64,000 bases of DNA, from positions 79,343 to 143,342 of the forward strand of contig JBDGSL010000002.1 of assembly GCA_042217555.1 (NCBI GenBank), given 5' to 3'. Positions 19,615 through 28,053 of the stretch are shown piece by piece. The notes under the pieces were generated by a model. It was given only the letters and a program-made list of their open reading frames with translations. It had not been told where the DNA came from and did no database searches. The stretch comes from Candidatus Nanohalobium sp. Lineage in GTDB: Archaea > Nanohalarchaeota > Nanosalinia > Nanosalinales > Nanosalinaceae. Position 1 is the stretch's first letter; every line of letters begins with the position of its first letter. The position numbers were made by a program, and so were the translations under genes.

Positions 19615-19887
19615 ATGAGCCAAGAATACGAAGTGCGAGGCGGAACTTTCACAGGGACGGTTGTATCTACGAAGATGCAGAAGTCCGCTACGGTGAGATG
19701 GGAGCACACACAGGAAATTCCAAAATACGAGAGAAAAGAAAGAAGAAACACCAAGGTCACGGTTCACGTACCGGAAGACATTGACATAGAGGAAGGTGAC
19801 AGAGTTGAGATAGGGGAGACACGGCCCATCTCAAAGACTAAAAGCCATGTAGTGATTGAAAAAATTGAAAACGGTGGCTCTGAATGA
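19615..19887 (+). CDS. rps17: 30S ribosomal protein S17
   Basis: GTVVSTKM, ETRPISKTK. Confidence 0.98.
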   Translation: MSQEYEVRGGTFTGTVVSTKMQKSATVRWEHTQEIPKYERKERRNTKVTVHVPEDIDIEEGDRVEIGETRPISKTKSHVVIEKIENGGSE

Positions 19888-19994
19888 AGATTTCCGCAGG
19901 AAATACTTCTGGCCACAGATTCGGAGAATCTGTTAATAGAAGTTCTGAGCAGAAGAACTTCGGCAGAAATCACCTCAGAGGTGGTTTCGAATGA
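19884..19994 (+). CDS. Bridging mini-ORF (36 aa)
   Basis: ATGA overlaps at both ends. Confidence 0.6.
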   Translation: MKISAGNTSGHRFGESVNRSSEQKNFGRNHLRGGFE

Positions 19995-20392
19995 AACCTC
20001 TAGGATCGAACATAACACGCTCACTTGACCTGGGAGCAGAACTGACATGTGCAGATAACTCCGGAGCCAAAGAACTAAAGATAATAGGCGTTAAGTCCAG
20101 AAAGGGCAGAAGAAGCAGAAGAGAAAGCGCAGGAGTCGGAGATGTCGTAAAGGTAAAGATACTTAGAGGAGACGAAGAAGTAAGACACCAGGTATTCGAC
20201 GCAGTTATAGTGCGTCAGGCAAAGGAGTTCGAAAGACCTCAGGGCCTCAGCGTAAAGTTCGAAGATAACGCAGCAGTCCTGATCGAGGAAGAGACCGGAA
20301 TGCCGAAAGGAAACGTGACAAAAGGCCCGATCGCAAAGGAAGTAGTACAGAGATTCTCAGCGATCGGAAAAATCGCGTCAAAGGTGGTTTAA
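19991..20392 (+). CDS. rpl14: 50S ribosomal protein L14
   Basis: CADNSGAK, FEDNAAV. Confidence 0.98.
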   Translation: MKPLGSNITRSLDLGAELTCADNSGAKELKIIGVKSRKGRRSRRESAGVGDVVKVKILRGDEEVRHQVFDAVIVRQAKEFERPQGLSVKFEDNAAVLIEEETGMPKGNVTKGPIAKEVVQRFSAIGKIASKVV

Positions 20393-20445
20393 TGAATAAA
20401 ATCGCAGATGTTAAGACTAGCCGGAAACCGGAGGTTTTCAACTAA
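20392..20445 (+). CDS. Bridging mini-ORF (17 aa, MNKIADVKTSRKPEVFN)
   Basis: TAATG overlaps at both ends. Confidence 0.6.
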   Translation: MNKIADVKTSRKPEVFN

Positions 20446-21107
20446 TGGCAGATAAGACACAGAACTGGAGCAAGGAATGGAAGAAAAGCGAGAACCCTCA
20501 GAAACAGAGAAAATACAGGAAAAACGCTCCACAGCACGTAAAGGACAAAATGATATCAGCAAACCTCTCACACGGACTTAGAGACCAACTGGATACAAGA
20601 AACCTTCAGGTTAACCTTGGTGACAGGGTTGAAGTCATGAGAGGAGATTTCAAGGGAAGCAGCGGAATAGTAAGTGCCATAGACAGAAACAGACAGAAGA
20701 TATACATCGACGGCCTTGAAGTAGAGAGACAGGACGGGACGACAAGAGAAAGACCGTTCCAGCCTTCAAACCTTCAGATACAGGCACTTAACCTTGAGGA
20801 CATGGAAAGAATCGAGAAATACGAAGTAGAAGACGCAGAAGAGATCCAGATCGACGAGGAAGAAGTTGAAGAAGTGCTTGAAGAAGACGATGAGAACGAG
20901 ATGATGCAGCAGATGCAGGGAGGCGGCGCACAGCCAGACATGGATATAGATGAGGAAGACATGGAAGAAATCAAGGAGGCCGCAGAAGAAGCAAGCGAAG
21001 ATGAAGGTTCCGAAGACGAATCAGAGGAACCCTCAGAAGATGAAGAAGTTGAGGAACAGGACGAGACAGAAACCTCTGAAGAAGACCAAGAAGGTGAAAA
21101 AGAATGA
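20445..21107 (+). CDS. rpl24: 50S ribosomal protein L24 with acidic tail
   Basis: PQKQRKY, GDRVEVMRGDFKG, PSNL. Confidence 0.96.
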   Translation: MADKTQNWSKEWKKSENPQKQRKYRKNAPQHVKDKMISANLSHGLRDQLDTRNLQVNLGDRVEVMRGDFKGSSGIVSAIDRNRQKIYIDGLEVERQDGTTRERPFQPSNLQIQALNLEDMERIEKYEVEDAEEIQIDEEEVEEVLEEDDENEMMQQMQGGGAQPDMDIDEEDMEEIKEAAEEASEDEGSEDESEEPSEDEEVEEQDETETSEEDQEGEKE

Positions 21108-21763
21108 CACATCAGAAAAGACTTTCAGCACCCAAGCATTATCCCATCTCCAGGAAAGAGAACACTTACATCTCGACGGTTAAGGGAAGCAGAAGTATCG
21201 AAGACGCTATCCCGGCCAATGTTTTCCTGAGAGATGTAACAGGTTACGCAGAGACGGACAAAGAAGCCAAAAAAATAGTGAGAAACGGAGACCTCCTCAG
21301 GAACGGTGAAAGGATCAGGGATGTCAAGCAGGGAATTGGAGTCCTGGACGTAGTAGAGCTTCCAAAGGCAGAAGAAACTTTCAGGGCAATAAGAGATGGA
21401 AAAAACCTTAAATTCATCCCAACAGAGGATAAAAGAACGGCTGCCAAGATCACAGATAAAACTGTTGAAGACGATGAATTTATCTACCATCTTCACAACG
21501 GAGAGAACTTCAGGAGCACTACGGAATATGAAACAGGAAGCACCTTGCTTCTCAAGGAGGGAGAAGAGGAAGTCAAGCTTGAAGACGGAGCAGATGTTCT
21601 TGTTATCTCCGGTCAGCACGCAGGGGAGAAAGCAGAACTTGAAGAGATAAACAGGAGAGGGATGAATCCCGATACCGGAACGGTTTCGGAAGAAGGCACT
21701 GAGTTCGAGACAAAACTTGAAAACCTTGTAGCTCTTGGAGACCTCGAGGTGGTTTTTGAATGA
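21104..21763 (+). CDS. rps4e: 30S ribosomal protein S4e
   Basis: HQKRLSAP, LHNGEN, GQHAG. Confidence 0.96.
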   Translation: MTHQKRLSAPKHYPISRKENTYISTVKGSRSIEDAIPANVFLRDVTGYAETDKEAKKIVRNGDLLRNGERIRDVKQGIGVLDVVELPKAEETFRAIRDGKNLKFIPTEDKRTAAKITDKTVEDDEFIYHLHNGENFRSTTEYETGSTLLLKEGEEEVKLEDGADVLVISGQHAGEKAELEEINRRGMNPDTGTVSEEGTEFETKLENLVALGDLEVVFE

Positions 21764-22272
21764 CAGAGAACCCTATGAAGGAGATCAAGGTGGCAAAGGT
21801 AACAGTGAATATCAGTGAGGAAAACGTAGGAGATCAGGTTGAGGCAGCTTACGATCTGATTGAAAAAATTACAGGTAAAGAGCCTGTCTGGGTAGAGTCA
21901 AAGGAAGGAGCGAAGACTTTTGGAAACCGACAGGGCTTGAACATCGGTGCAATGGTAACACTTAGAGGAGAGGACGCAGTAGATTTCCTCGAAAAAGTTC
22001 GACCAGCTATCGAAGAACTTAACGCTTCAGCTTTCAGCGACGGAAACTTTGCCTTCGGAATCAGTGAATACATCGATGTTCCAGGAGTGGACTACGATGC
22101 AGACATCGGTATGAAAGGTTTCGAGGTGAACGTCGTACTGGAAAGACCTGGATACAGGGTGAAGAAACGGGATCATAAACCCTCCGAGATCGGAGGCAGT
22201 CATAAGGTCTCTAACGATGAAGCAATCGAGTTCGCGGAAAGCAAGCTTGGATTCGAGGTGAATAATCAATGA
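21760..22272 (+). CDS. rpl5: 50S ribosomal protein L5
   Basis: [27 protein letters not shown]. Confidence 0.97.
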   Translation: MTENPMKEIKVAKVTVNISEENVGDQVEAAYDLIEKITGKEPVWVESKEGAKTFGNRQGLNIGAMVTLRGEDAVDFLEKVRPAIEELNASAFSDGNFAFGISEYIDVPGVDYDADIGMKGFEVNVVLERPGYRVKKRDHKPSEIGGSHKVSNDEAIEFAESKLGFEVNNQ

Positions 22273-22493
22273 GTTATGAGAAGGTTTTAGACCAGATCAA
22301 GCACAAGGAGGGTAAGAGAAAGAAGTTTGAGAAGAATAACTCTCCTAAGGAAAGAGACTACGGAAAATCCAAGAAAGAATGCAGAAGATGCGGTAGAACA
22401 GGTAGAGGAGTTATCAGCAAGTACGGACTTAACTACTGCCGTCAATGCTTCAGAGAAGTGGCCGAGGAGATCGGCTTCAAACAGCTTAAATAG
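22269..22493 (+). CDS. rps14: 30S ribosomal protein S14
   Basis: CRRCG...YCRQCFRE. Confidence 0.96.
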   Translation: MSYEKVLDQIKHKEGKRKKFEKNNSPKERDYGKSKKECRRCGRTGRGVISKYGLNYCRQCFREVAEEIGFKQLK

Positions 22494-22505
22494 GTGAGCC
22501 GAAAG

Positions 22506-22568
22506 ATGACAAGAGAATACGGAAACAAGTTTTCTAATCTAGAAAACGCCGGAGGCGATTCCCAGTGA
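22506..22568 (+). CDS. Bridging mini-ORF (20 aa)
   Basis: SD AGGTGA; GTGA overlap with rps8 start. Confidence 0.6.
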   Translation: MTREYGNKFSNLENAGGDSQ

Positions 22569-22954
22569 AACATGATACACTTAGCGATGCACTGAGCGCG
22601 ATTAACAACGCGGCCAGGAACAACAAGGATTACGCAGTGGTCTCTCCAACCAGCAGCCTGCTGAAGAACGTACTGATCGAACTGCAGCAGAACGGTTACA
22701 TAGGAGTATTTGAACTCGTAGAGGACGGAAAGGGAGGTAAGTTCAAGATAGAGGTAACGGACGACATCAATGAATGCAGGCCTGTCAAACCTAACTTTTC
22801 AGTGCAGAACGACGAGTTCGACAAGTGGGCCAAGAGATACCTGCCTGCACAGGGATTCGGCGATCTATTGGTCACGACCTCACACGGAGTAATGACGCAT
22901 GAAGAAGCCCGTGAGGAAAACCTGGGAGGAAAACTGCTTGGATACGTCTACTAA
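22565..22954 (+). CDS. rps8: 30S ribosomal protein S8
   Basis: DTLSDALS, TTSHGVMTH, GGKLLGYVY. Confidence 0.97.
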   Translation: MKHDTLSDALSAINNAARNNKDYAVVSPTSSLLKNVLIELQQNGYIGVFELVEDGKGGKFKIEVTDDINECRPVKPNFSVQNDEFDKWAKRYLPAQGFGDLLVTTSHGVMTHEEAREENLGGKLLGYVY

Positions 22955-22966
22955 GAGGTAGAAAAA

Positions 22967-23497
22967 ATGTCAGAAGAAACAACAATCGAGATTCCGGAGG
23001 ACTTCGACGCAGAATACGAAGAAGGAGTCTTCACTCTTTCAAACGGCGAAGAAGTCAGTAAGAAGATGGAACACGCACTGGTAGACGTAGAGATCAACGG
23101 TCAGGAAGTAACTTTCAGCACTTCCAGCAGTAAGAAAGATGTTCAGAGCATCGTCCATACTTTCAAGAGCCATGTAGAAAACATGATTGAAGGACTGGAA
23201 GACGAGCATGTCTACCGGATGAAGGGTGTTTACGCACACTTCCCTATGACTATCAAACAGCAAGGTGGCCAGGTAGTGATCGAGAACTTCATGGGTGAAA
23301 GAAACCCTAGGAAGGTAGACATTATGGACGGAGTAACTGTAGAGGTAGATGGCGAGGACCTGACACTGAAGGGAGCGGACAAGGACGCCGTAAGCCAGAC
23401 AGCAGCAAGGATCGAACAGGAATGCAAGAAAGGAAACCGTGATCCAAGAACCTTCCAGGACGGAGTATACATCACACAGAAAGGTGATAGTCAATGA
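22967..23497 (+). CDS. rpl6: 50S ribosomal protein L6
   Basis: YAHFPM, NFMGE, DPRTFQDGVY. Confidence 0.97.
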   Translation: MSEETTIEIPEDFDAEYEEGVFTLSNGEEVSKKMEHALVDVEINGQEVTFSTSSSKKDVQSIVHTFKSHVENMIEGLEDEHVYRMKGVYAHFPMTIKQQGGQVVIENFMGERNPRKVDIMDGVTVEVDGEDLTLKGADKDAVSQTAARIEQECKKGNRDPRTFQDGVYITQKGDSQ

Positions 23498-23595
23498 GGC
23501 AGACCAAAGGTTTGCTTGATACAGAAAACAAAGACTCAACCGGTTTTTCCGGGAGAAGATTCAGAGAAGCTTCGAATCAGGTGATTTTCAAATGA
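23494..23595 (+). CDS. Bridging mini-ORF (33 aa)
   Basis: ATGA overlaps at both ends. Confidence 0.6.
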   Translation: MRQTKGLLDTENKDSTGFSGRRFREASNQVIFK

Positions 23596-23927
23596 GTTTT
23601 GAGAGACAGGACAAGCACAAGAACAACAAACTGAAAGATAAATCCTGGAGAAGCCCCGACGGAGGGCATTCCAAGGTAAGACTTGAGAAAAACGGAGCTG
23701 CACCCAAACCCAAGATAGGTTACAGGGCTCCCAGCGAGATAAGAGGAAGACATCCCTCAGGATACGAAGAAGTACTGGTACACAACACCGGCGACCTGGA
23801 AGAGATAGAGGAAGGAGAAGCAGCAAGAATAGCGTCCAAGGTCGGTGGAAGAAAAAGAGAACAGATAATAGAAAAAGCAGACGAAGAAGACATCAAAGTC
23901 CTCAACAGAGGTGAACAGTCAGAATGA
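23592..23927 (+). CDS. rpl32e: 50S ribosomal protein L32e
   Basis: FERQ..WRSP.G.HSK, HPSGY, VLN. Confidence 0.95.
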   Translation: MSFERQDKHKNNKLKDKSWRSPDGGHSKVRLEKNGAAPKPKIGYRAPSEIRGRHPSGYEEVLVHNTGDLEEIEEGEAARIASKVGGRKREQIIEKADEEDIKVLNRGEQSE

Positions 23928-23992
23928 TTGATTCTGACTTTGCAGAAGATTCTCTAAAGAATCTTCGAACCGAGGTGTTTTCGAATGACTGA
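23924..23992 (+). CDS. Bridging mini-ORF (22 aa)
   Basis: ATGA overlap upstream; 8-nt ATGACTGA overlap with rpl19e. Confidence 0.55.
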   Translation: MIDSDFAEDSLKNLRTEVFSND

Positions 23993-24428
23993 TCTAAAGT
24001 CACAGAAGAGAATGGCCGCAGAAGTAATGGACGTAGGAAAGGATCGTGTCTGGATCAACCCTGATGAACAGGAAAAAGTAGAAGAAGCAATCACCAGGAA
24101 AGATATCAGGAACCTTGTAGAAGGAGGTACCATCCAGAAAAAAGACGAGGAAGGAAACAGCAAAGGTAGAAGCAGAGAGAAAAAGAAACAGAAAAAGAAA
24201 GGACGGAGAAAAGGACAGGGAAGCCGGAAAGGAAAGAAATCGGCCAGAAAAGACGATAAACAGAAGTGGATGGAAAAAATCAGATCCATCAGGGAAAGAC
24301 TGAAAGAAATGAAGGAAAACGAGGAAATCACCTCTGAACAGTACAGAGAACTCTACGACATGAGCAAGGGAGGATTCTTCAGAGACACAAAACACCTAGA
24401 AAACCATGTAGAGAACAAACTGGAGTGA
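23985..24428 (+). CDS. rpl19e: 50S ribosomal protein L19e
   Basis: LKSQKRMAA, RVWINP, GSRKG. Confidence 0.97.
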   Translation: MTDLKSQKRMAAEVMDVGKDRVWINPDEQEKVEEAITRKDIRNLVEGGTIQKKDEEGNSKGRSREKKKQKKKGRRKGQGSRKGKKSARKDDKQKWMEKIRSIRERLKEMKENEEITSEQYRELYDMSKGGFFRDTKHLENHVENKLE

Positions 24429-24434
24429 ACAGAC

Positions 24435-24476
24435 ATGAAAATCAGAGACCTACAGAACACAGAAGGTGAACTTTGA
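24435..24476 (+). CDS. Bridging mini-ORF (13 aa, MKIRDLQNTEGEL)
   Basis: SD GGAGTGA; stop 1 nt before rpl18 ATG. Confidence 0.5.
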   Translation: MKIRDLQNTEGEL

Positions 24477-24477
24477 T

Positions 24478-24987
24478 ATGGCAGAAGACTCAAACACTAA
24501 AGTCCCGCACAGAAGACGAAGAGAACAGAAAACAGACTACCAGCAGAGAAGAAAACTGGTGAAGTCAGGAAAACCAAGAGCAGTAGTAAGACTGAGCAAC
24601 AAACACACGAGAACACACCTGGCACACTTCAACAGGGAAGGCGATGAGAACACAGCACAGACACTCAGCAAAGAACTGGAAAACTACGGCTGGGAACACA
24701 ACACAGGTAATCTTCCAGCAGCATACCTGACAGGTTTCCTGACCGGTATGAAAGCTGAAGAAGACGAAGCAGTACTTGATATAGGCCTTAGAGAAAAAAA
24801 GAATGGAGGAAGAGTATTTGCAGCAGTTAAAGGCATGAACGACGCAGGACTCAACGTTCCTGTAGGCGAAGAAGTAATCCCTGAAGAATCAAGGATCAAA
24901 GGAGAACACATTAAAGAAATGATCGACGAAGAAGTCCCGAAAAGCTTTGAAGAAGTCAAAGAAAACATTAAAGGTGATTTCGAATGA
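24478..24987 (+). CDS. rpl18: 50S ribosomal protein L18
   Basis: RRRREQKTDY, NLPAAYLTG; start at ATG 24478. Confidence 0.96.
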   Translation: MAEDSNTKVPHRRRREQKTDYQQRRKLVKSGKPRAVVRLSNKHTRTHLAHFNREGDENTAQTLSKELENYGWEHNTGNLPAAYLTGFLTGMKAEEDEAVLDIGLREKKNGGRVFAAVKGMNDAGLNVPVGEEVIPEESRIKGEHIKEMIDEEVPKSFEEVKENIKGDFE

Positions 24988-25088
24988 TCGAAAATCAGAG
25001 ATTTTCTGGACTCGAAACCGGAACGGTTTCTATGAGTACAGAATCCGTTGGATTCGAACATGCAGAAATTCTAGGTGATTTCGAATGA
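24984..25088 (+). CDS. Bridging mini-ORF (34 aa) flanked by a 16-bp direct repeat
   Basis: ATGA overlaps at both ends; AGGTGATTTCGAATGA at 24972-24987 and 25073-25088. Confidence 0.65.
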   Translation: MIENQRFSGLETGTVSMSTESVGFEHAEILGDFE

Positions 25089-25750
25089 GCGAACAGGAAA
25101 CAGAGGAGATTTGGAAGCCGAAGACAGAACTCGGTGAGATGGTAGCTAACGGACAGATAACAGGAATCCGTGAAGCACTGAACTCCGACAAGAGGATAAT
25201 GGAGCCGGAGATAGTTGATCAACTGGCAGATCTTCAGGAAGAAGTAGTACTGATCGGAGGAACACCTGGAAAGGGAGGGGGCAAGAGAAGAACAGTCTCC
25301 AAACGTACGGCTAGGATGCACAAGTCCGGAGCAAGATACAACAGTAAAGCGATGACAATACTGGGTAACAAGAACGGTATCGTCGGGATCGGCATGGGAG
25401 AATCAGATGACACCCGTGCAGCGATCGACGACGCCAACAGGAGAGCAAAACTCAACCTGATAGAAGTGCCGCTTGGAAACGGAAGCTGGGAGGACCAGGG
25501 AGAAAACAACACTTCCATCCCTCTCGCAGTAGAAGGAAAGTCCGGAAGCGTAACCGTAGAAGTCAAGCCAGCGCCGAGAGGAACAGGTTTAGCTGCCAGT
25601 GACGAGGTAAAGAAGATACTTGAACTGGCTGGCATCCGGAACGCCTGGGTGCAGGCACGTGGAACAACACGAACACGTGAAAACCTGATAAAGGCAACAT
25701 TCAACGCACTGAAAAAAATCAAACAGTACCAGAGAAGTGATGACAGATGA
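25085..25750 (+). CDS. rps5: 30S ribosomal protein S5
   Basis: WKPKTELG, PAPRGTGL. Confidence 0.97.
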   Translation: MSEQETEEIWKPKTELGEMVANGQITGIREALNSDKRIMEPEIVDQLADLQEEVVLIGGTPGKGGGKRRTVSKRTARMHKSGARYNSKAMTILGNKNGIVGIGMGESDDTRAAIDDANRRAKLNLIEVPLGNGSWEDQGENNTSIPLAVEGKSGSVTVEVKPAPRGTGLAASDEVKKILELAGIRNAWVQARGTTRTRENLIKATFNALKKIKQYQRSDDR

Positions 25751-26082
25751 CACTACTAGTAGCAGTCAAGGTCAGGGGCAGCATCGACGCCTCCGAATCA
25801 ATCAGCAGGACACTGCAGACACTGGGCCTGGAGAAGAAAAACCAGGCAAGAATCATGGAAGACAATGAGTCCAACAGAGGGATGCTGAGAAAGGCCAAGG
25901 ACTACATCGCCTACGGAGAAGTAGACCAGGAAACCGTAGAGCAGCTTGAAGCAGAGACAGGAGAAACAGTCACTCTATCACCTCCAAGTGGAGGATTCAA
26001 AAGCACGAAAAAACAGCGTCACCAGGGAGGAAGTCTCGGAAAAAGGGACGACATGGAAGAACTCCTTGGAAAGATGCTGTAA
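25747..26082 (+). CDS. rpl30: 50S ribosomal protein L30 (short form)
   Basis: VKVRG, YIAYGE, LSPPSGG. Confidence 0.94.
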   Translation: MTLLVAVKVRGSIDASESISRTLQTLGLEKKNQARIMEDNESNRGMLRKAKDYIAYGEVDQETVEQLEAETGETVTLSPPSGGFKSTKKQRHQGGSLGKRDDMEELLGKML

Positions 26083-26130
26083 CCGAAAATCGAGAGATTT
26101 TCTAAAAAATTCAACACACAGTGTTCAACA

Positions 26131-26184
26131 ATGCGAAATTCAAAGAATTTCTGTATTACCAGAAGCACAGAGGTGCTTCGATAA
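26131..26184 (+). CDS. Bridging mini-ORF (17 aa, MRNSKNFCITRSTEVLR)
   Basis: TAATG overlap with rpl15 start; starts 48 nt after the rpl30 stop. Confidence 0.45.
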   Translation: MRNSKNFCITRSTEVLR

Positions 26185-26609
26185 TGACAAAACGAAGATC
26201 AAAGAAGAACAAATCCGGAAGCCACGGATACGGAAGCTCCAAGAAGAACCGTGGAGCAGGAAGCCGCGGTGGAAGAGGAAACGCAGGTTCAGGTAAGAAA
26301 GGACAGTCCCAGAGAATGACAGAAGAAGGCGTCCAGGAGATGGGAGAAACAGGTTTCAACTCCCGACAGCCAGATCAGGACGGCATCAACCTGCGAGACA
26401 TCGACCAGAGAATAGAAGAATTTGTCGAAGCAGGAGTAGCTGAGGAAGAAGACGGAAGCTACGTTTTCCACGCTGAAGAAGCAGGCTACGACAAGGTTCT
26501 CGGCGGTGGAGAACTTAGGAAGGACATCAAGATCCATGCCGGGGAGTTCTCAGATACTGCAGAGGAAAAGATCGAGGAAAGTGAAGGCAAAGCCGTGAAG
26601 CAAGAATAA
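26184..26609 (+). CDS. rpl15: 50S ribosomal protein L15
   Basis: HGYG..KKNRGAGSRGGRGNAG, KVLGGG; ATG 26184 follows an SD. Confidence 0.96.
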   Translation: MTKRRSKKNKSGSHGYGSSKKNRGAGSRGGRGNAGSGKKGQSQRMTEEGVQEMGETGFNSRQPDQDGINLRDIDQRIEEFVEAGVAEEEDGSYVFHAEEAGYDKVLGGGELRKDIKIHAGEFSDTAEEKIEESEGKAVKQE

Positions 26610-26661
26610 ATAAACAGTCTTTCCCAAAATATTTTTTACCAGCACAGAGGTAATCAACCAG

Positions 26662-28050
26662 ATGTCAAAGATAGTTCAGGCAGCACAGTACCTTCCAAGC
26701 ATCAAGGAACCTGAAAAAGAACAGTCACTTAAACAGATGTTGACCTGGACAGGTATAACACTTCTACTGTACTTTACACTGGGATCAATCAACCTGTGGG
26801 CGCCAAGCTGGGCTAATGCATCGTTTACACAGGCTATAGGCCAGCTGGAGACATACCAGACCTTGCTTGGTGCACAGATAGGTTCTATAATAACACTGGG
26901 TATCGGCCCTATAGTTACGTCCTCCATAGTTCTCCAGATGGTGGTAGGATCTGAGATACTTAACTGGAACACTAATACACAGGAAGGTAAACAGAAGTTC
27001 CAGTCAGCACAGAAAGTACTGGCATACGTACTCGCAGTAGTCGAAGGAATAGGATACGTCGCAGCAGGAACATTCGGAAACATAACACATCCTACAGTAT
27101 TCGCGATAGTAGCAGGACAGATAGCACTTGGAGGAATCCTCATCATTCTAATGGACGACCTGATCCAGAGCTGGGGATTCGGAAGTGGAACAGGGTTATT
27201 CATCTCCGCAGGAGTATCCCAGTCGATCTATGTTGCTACAGTCTCGCCTCTGGACGCTTCAGGAGCATTCGTAGGGATAGCTCAGGAAGCAGCAGGAGCA
27301 GTTCCAACGTTCCTCGCAACCTCCGAGATCAGCGCACTTGTACCGGTTTTCTCAACACTGGCAGTTTTCGGAGTAGTAGTCTACCTTCAGGCCATGAGAG
27401 TTGAAGTACCGCTGACGTTTGGAAACGTAAGAGGATTCGGACAGAAATGGCCGCTGAAATTCCTTTACACCTCTGTCACGCCTGTCATCCTGGTATCGGC
27501 ACTGGTCACAAACTTCCAGATAGTAGGTACAAGCCTCGCCGGCCAGAACGGGTGCAGCGTACTTGGATGCGTAAGCCAGGGACAGGCATCTTCAGGGTTC
27601 ATCGCATGGCTGCAGGCACCACAGGGAGTAGTCCAGTCCATGCTCAACGGCACACTGGGCTTGTTCGGAACAGGAAGCATCTTCCACATACTGTTCTACC
27701 TCGGGGTCTACATCGTAGGAAGCACGCTTTTCTCAATCTTCTGGATGAAGACCTCAGGTCAGGACGCAGACAGCGTCGCAGAACAGATACAGTCCACAGG
27801 TATGAAAGTCCCCGGCTTCAGAAAAGACAAGCGGGTTATCAAGAAAGTACTCAACCGTTACATACCCGGCCTAACAGTTCTATCAGGAGCCACCATAGGA
27901 TCACTGGCAGCACTCGCCAACATGACAAACGCAGCAGGAGGAGGAACAGGAATCCTACTGACAGTCATGATAATCTACAAGCTGTACGAAGAACTAGCCC
28001 AGAAACACATGGAAGAACTCCACCCAGCGATGAAAGACTTCTTCCAGTAG
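26662..28050 (+). CDS. secY: Preprotein translocase SecY
   Basis: LGIGPIVT, GFGSG, YPIK-like WPLKFLY, PGFR, GTGILL. Confidence 0.98.
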   Translation: MSKIVQAAQYLPSIKEPEKEQSLKQMLTWTGITLLLYFTLGSINLWAPSWANASFTQAIGQLETYQTLLGAQIGSIITLGIGPIVTSSIVLQMVVGSEILNWNTNTQEGKQKFQSAQKVLAYVLAVVEGIGYVAAGTFGNITHPTVFAIVAGQIALGGILIILMDDLIQSWGFGSGTGLFISAGVSQSIYVATVSPLDASGAFVGIAQEAAGAVPTFLATSEISALVPVFSTLAVFGVVVYLQAMRVEVPLTFGNVRGFGQKWPLKFLYTSVTPVILVSALVTNFQIVGTSLAGQNGCSVLGCVSQGQASSGFIAWLQAPQGVVQSMLNGTLGLFGTGSIFHILFYLGVYIVGSTLFSIFWMKTSGQDADSVAEQIQSTGMKVPGFRKDKRVIKKVLNRYIPGLTVLSGATIGSLAALANMTNAAGGGTGILLTVMIIYKLYEELAQKHMEELHPAMKDFFQ

Positions 28051-28053
28051 AGG

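Noticed and set aside
12100..26184. Spacer hairpins as a CRISPR array or as terminators
   Set aside because: No identical, regularly spaced repeats and no cas genes; they lie inside a co-oriented operon with coupled overlaps and lack long U tails
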